DNA from: Candidatus Saccharimonadales bacterium
Lineage (GTDB): Bacteria > Patescibacteriota > Saccharimonadia > Saccharimonadales > 2-12-FULL-41-12
Direction of reading: 5' to 3'
Length of the DNA: 64,000 nucleotides
Assembly: GCA_035700225.1 (NCBI GenBank)
Contig: DASSOT010000003.1
Coordinates: 111 to 64,110 of the forward strand
Shown here: one piece after another, positions 62,230-64,000 of the stretch
How positions within the stretch are numbered: position 1 is the stretch's first letter
Layout: every line of letters begins with the position of its first letter
Notes under the pieces: model-generated
The model's input: only the letters and a program-made list of their open reading frames with translations
Databases searched by the model: none
Told to the model about the DNA's origin: nothing
Translations under genes and position numbers: made by a program

Positions 62230-62367
62230 ATGCCCAAAAGGACATTTCAGCCAAAGAAACGCAAGCGCTCCCGCGAACACGGATTCTTCAAACGCATGGC
62301 TAGCAAAGCCGGCCAGAAAGTTATAAAACGCCGCCGAGCCAAAGGCCGCGCTAAACTTTCCGCCTAA
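62230..62367 (+). CDS. rpmH: 50S ribosomal protein L34
   Basis: Translates to [45 protein letters not shown] (45 aa). It is too short for the ORF track. Confidence 0.9.
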   Translation: MPKRTFQPKKRKRSREHGFFKRMASKAGQKVIKRRRAKGRAKLSA

Positions 62368-62426
62368 ACCCTGCCTGCTATCTACGACCCACGAACTACT
62401 AACTACCGGCTGTTCAAGGTATCCTA

Positions 62427-62783
62427 TTGTTAATGATATCCAGAAAAAACCGTTTCCGCGGGCGCAATTCGCTTGACCATGTCTACAAAAAAGGCCGGAC
62501 CGTAAAATCCGGCCCGCTGAGCCTGAAGTACGTGCCCTCAAAGAGAGAAGATTACCGGTTGGCCGTAGTTGTCAGCAAAAAGGTCAGCAAGTCTGCTGTT
62601 ACGCGTAACAGGATACGCCGCCGGATATTCGAGCTTTTCAGGAAAAAACGGGCAGAATACGGCACACCGATAAACCATGACTTCATCATCAGCGTCTTCG
62701 ACGATAAGCTTGCGGATATGCCTGCCGAAGAACTGTCGCGCATGTTCGAAAAATTGATGAGTAGCGCGCACATCGGGCCTTAG
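62427..62783 (+). CDS. rnpA: ribonuclease P protein component
   Basis: 118-aa basic protein directly downstream of rpmH; RNR motif region (VTRNRIRRRIFE). Confidence 0.8.
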   Translation: MLMISRKNRFRGRNSLDHVYKKGRTVKSGPLSLKYVPSKREDYRLAVVVSKKVSKSAVTRNRIRRRIFELFRKKRAEYGTPINHDFIISVFDDKLADMPAEELSRMFEKLMSSAHIGP

Positions 62784-62909
62784 TCCTGTGTTAAAGTAGA
62801 AGGTATTGTTCTTGCCCGGCGCCCTGCGAATTACCGCTGAAAGTGCCACACGATTAGTACGCACAGTCCGGCCCGGTAAAGAACCTGGAAACTAACAGGA
62901 GAGTCAAAA

Positions 62910-63821
62910 GTGTTCCAAACCTTCGTCGAACAGCCGGTTTTTAACTTGCTTGAATTCATCTATGCCATTATTCCGGGCCACGATCTGGGTCTGGCAATAA
63001 TAATCTTTACCATCGTCATAAGGCTGTTGATGTGGCCCCTGGTGAAAAAGCAACTGCACCAGGCCAAGGCGATGAAGAAGCTCCAGCCCCAGCTGAAAAA
63101 AATAAAGGAATCATCCAAGGGCGACAGGCAGAAAGAAGCCCGCCTACAGATGGAACTTTACAAAGAGCACGGGGTAAAGCCGTTTGCTACCATCGGCACA
63201 CTTATCATCCAACTGCCGATATTCATCGCCCTGTACCAATCCGTGCGAAAGCTCATAGACGACCCGAACATCCTGTTCAATTTCTCCTATGACTGGGTAA
63301 ACAACCTGCCCTTCATACAGGAACTGCACAATGACATTTCCAAGTTCGACCATACTTTTTTCGGCTTCGTCGATCTCTCCAGAAAGGCGGTGGAGGCAGG
63401 CGGGCTTTATGTCCCGGCCCTGATAGTAGCTATCGCCGCCGCCATAACCCAGTACTACCAGAGCAAGCTGATGATGCAGGACAACAAAGACTCCCGCAAA
63501 CTCATGCAGATACTGCGCGAAGCCGCCGAAGGCAAGCAGGCCGACCAGTCGGAAATAGGCGCGTCCATCAGCAGGATGATGCAGTATTTTCTCCCGTTCA
63601 TCACCTTCATCTTCGCCATCAGCATCCCTTCCGCGCTTTCGCTGTACCTTCTGACTACCAGCGCCGTGGGCTACTTCCAGCAGGCACATGTCCTCAAACA
63701 GGACGAAGAAGAAATGCATGAACTGGCCGTAGAAGCCGAAGAAAAGGACAAAACCAAACCAAAAACAAAGGCCAAAAAGGCAAAGAAACCCTCCGCGAAG
63801 AAAAAAAGGAGGAAAAGATGA
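62910..63821 (+). CDS. yidC: membrane protein insertase YidC/Oxa1 family (short Gram-positive type)
   Basis: 303 aa; conserved TM2 region IIIFTIVIRLLMWPL, KMQ..QP loop and a C-terminal K/R-rich tail. Confidence 0.85.
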   Translation: MFQTFVEQPVFNLLEFIYAIIPGHDLGLAIIIFTIVIRLLMWPLVKKQLHQAKAMKKLQPQLKKIKESSKGDRQKEARLQMELYKEHGVKPFATIGTLIIQLPIFIALYQSVRKLIDDPNILFNFSYDWVNNLPFIQELHNDISKFDHTFFGFVDLSRKAVEAGGLYVPALIVAIAAAITQYYQSKLMMQDNKDSRKLMQILREAAEGKQADQSEIGASISRMMQYFLPFITFIFAISIPSALSLYLLTTSAVGYFQQAHVLKQDEEEMHELAVEAEEKDKTKPKTKAKKAKKPSAKKKRRKR

Positions 63822-64000
63822 GCAAAGAAGAAAAAATAAGCAGTCAAGACATAGAAAAGGCCATCCAATTCGCCAAGAAATACTTGGAAGATATGCTGTC
63901 CTTTTTTGGTCTTAACACCGAAGTTTATGCTACTAATAGCGAGGACGAGGTCATAGAGCTTCAAGTGCCTTCAACGCACCTGAACGGCTTCCTGATAGGC
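63818..64000 (+). CDS. khpB: Jag/KhpB (R3H/KH-domain RNA-binding protein), 5' partial at window edge
   Basis: ATG overlaps the yidC stop (ATGA). N-terminal Jag_N-like sequence MSKEEKISSQDIEKAIQFAKKYLEDML. The ORF continues beyond the window. Confidence 0.65.
   Translation, partial: MSKEEKISSQDIEKAIQFAKKYLEDMLSFFGLNTEVYATNSEDEVIELQVPSTHLNGFLIG

Overview
This window looks like an origin-proximal chromosomal segment of a small-genome bacterium with Gram-positive-type or CPR/Patescibacteria-like features; the lineage is inferred from gene content only. At the right end, dnaA-dnaN-recF runs on the minus strand, and an oriC-like spacer with DnaA boxes lies between dnaA and rpmH-rnpA-yidC-khpB(jag). 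The left half is mostly housekeeping: SIS-type PGI/PMI, folK-folP, trpB-trpA, a eukaryotic-like Ser/Thr kinase, groES-groEL with a perfect CIRCE operator, murE, tsaD, valS and aroB. It also holds a thiamine-salvage operon (NMT1/THI5-type binding protein, ABC ATPase, permease, thiamine pyrophosphokinase) behind a clear TPP riboswitch, plus comFC, hsp20, three tRNA-Ser genes and a tRNA-Arg. The main accessory feature (about 36.4-58 kb) is a type-IV-secretion-like locus. On the minus strand it has an operon of nine tandem, diversified VirB2/TrbC-like pilin paralogs. A divergent plus-strand operon encodes a secreted Gly-rich protein, a VirB6-like polytopic protein, an 822-aa highly basic protein, a PrgI/VirB3-like protein, a VirB4 ATPase split into two overlapping ORFs, and two giant multi-domain cell-wall hydrolases (M15/LAS metallopeptidase, SLT-like and SGNH domains). 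No relaxase, coupling protein or integrase is visible. Other notable items are a TrpR/YerC-like domain fused to TrpB with a TrpR-type CTAG operator palindrome directly upstream, a MITE/REP-like structured repeat family between convergent genes, a hairpin-rich intergenic region that may be an ncRNA, a tRNA 3'-end direct-repeat scar, and several unusual domain fusions. All calls rest on motif recognition by eye; no database searches were run.
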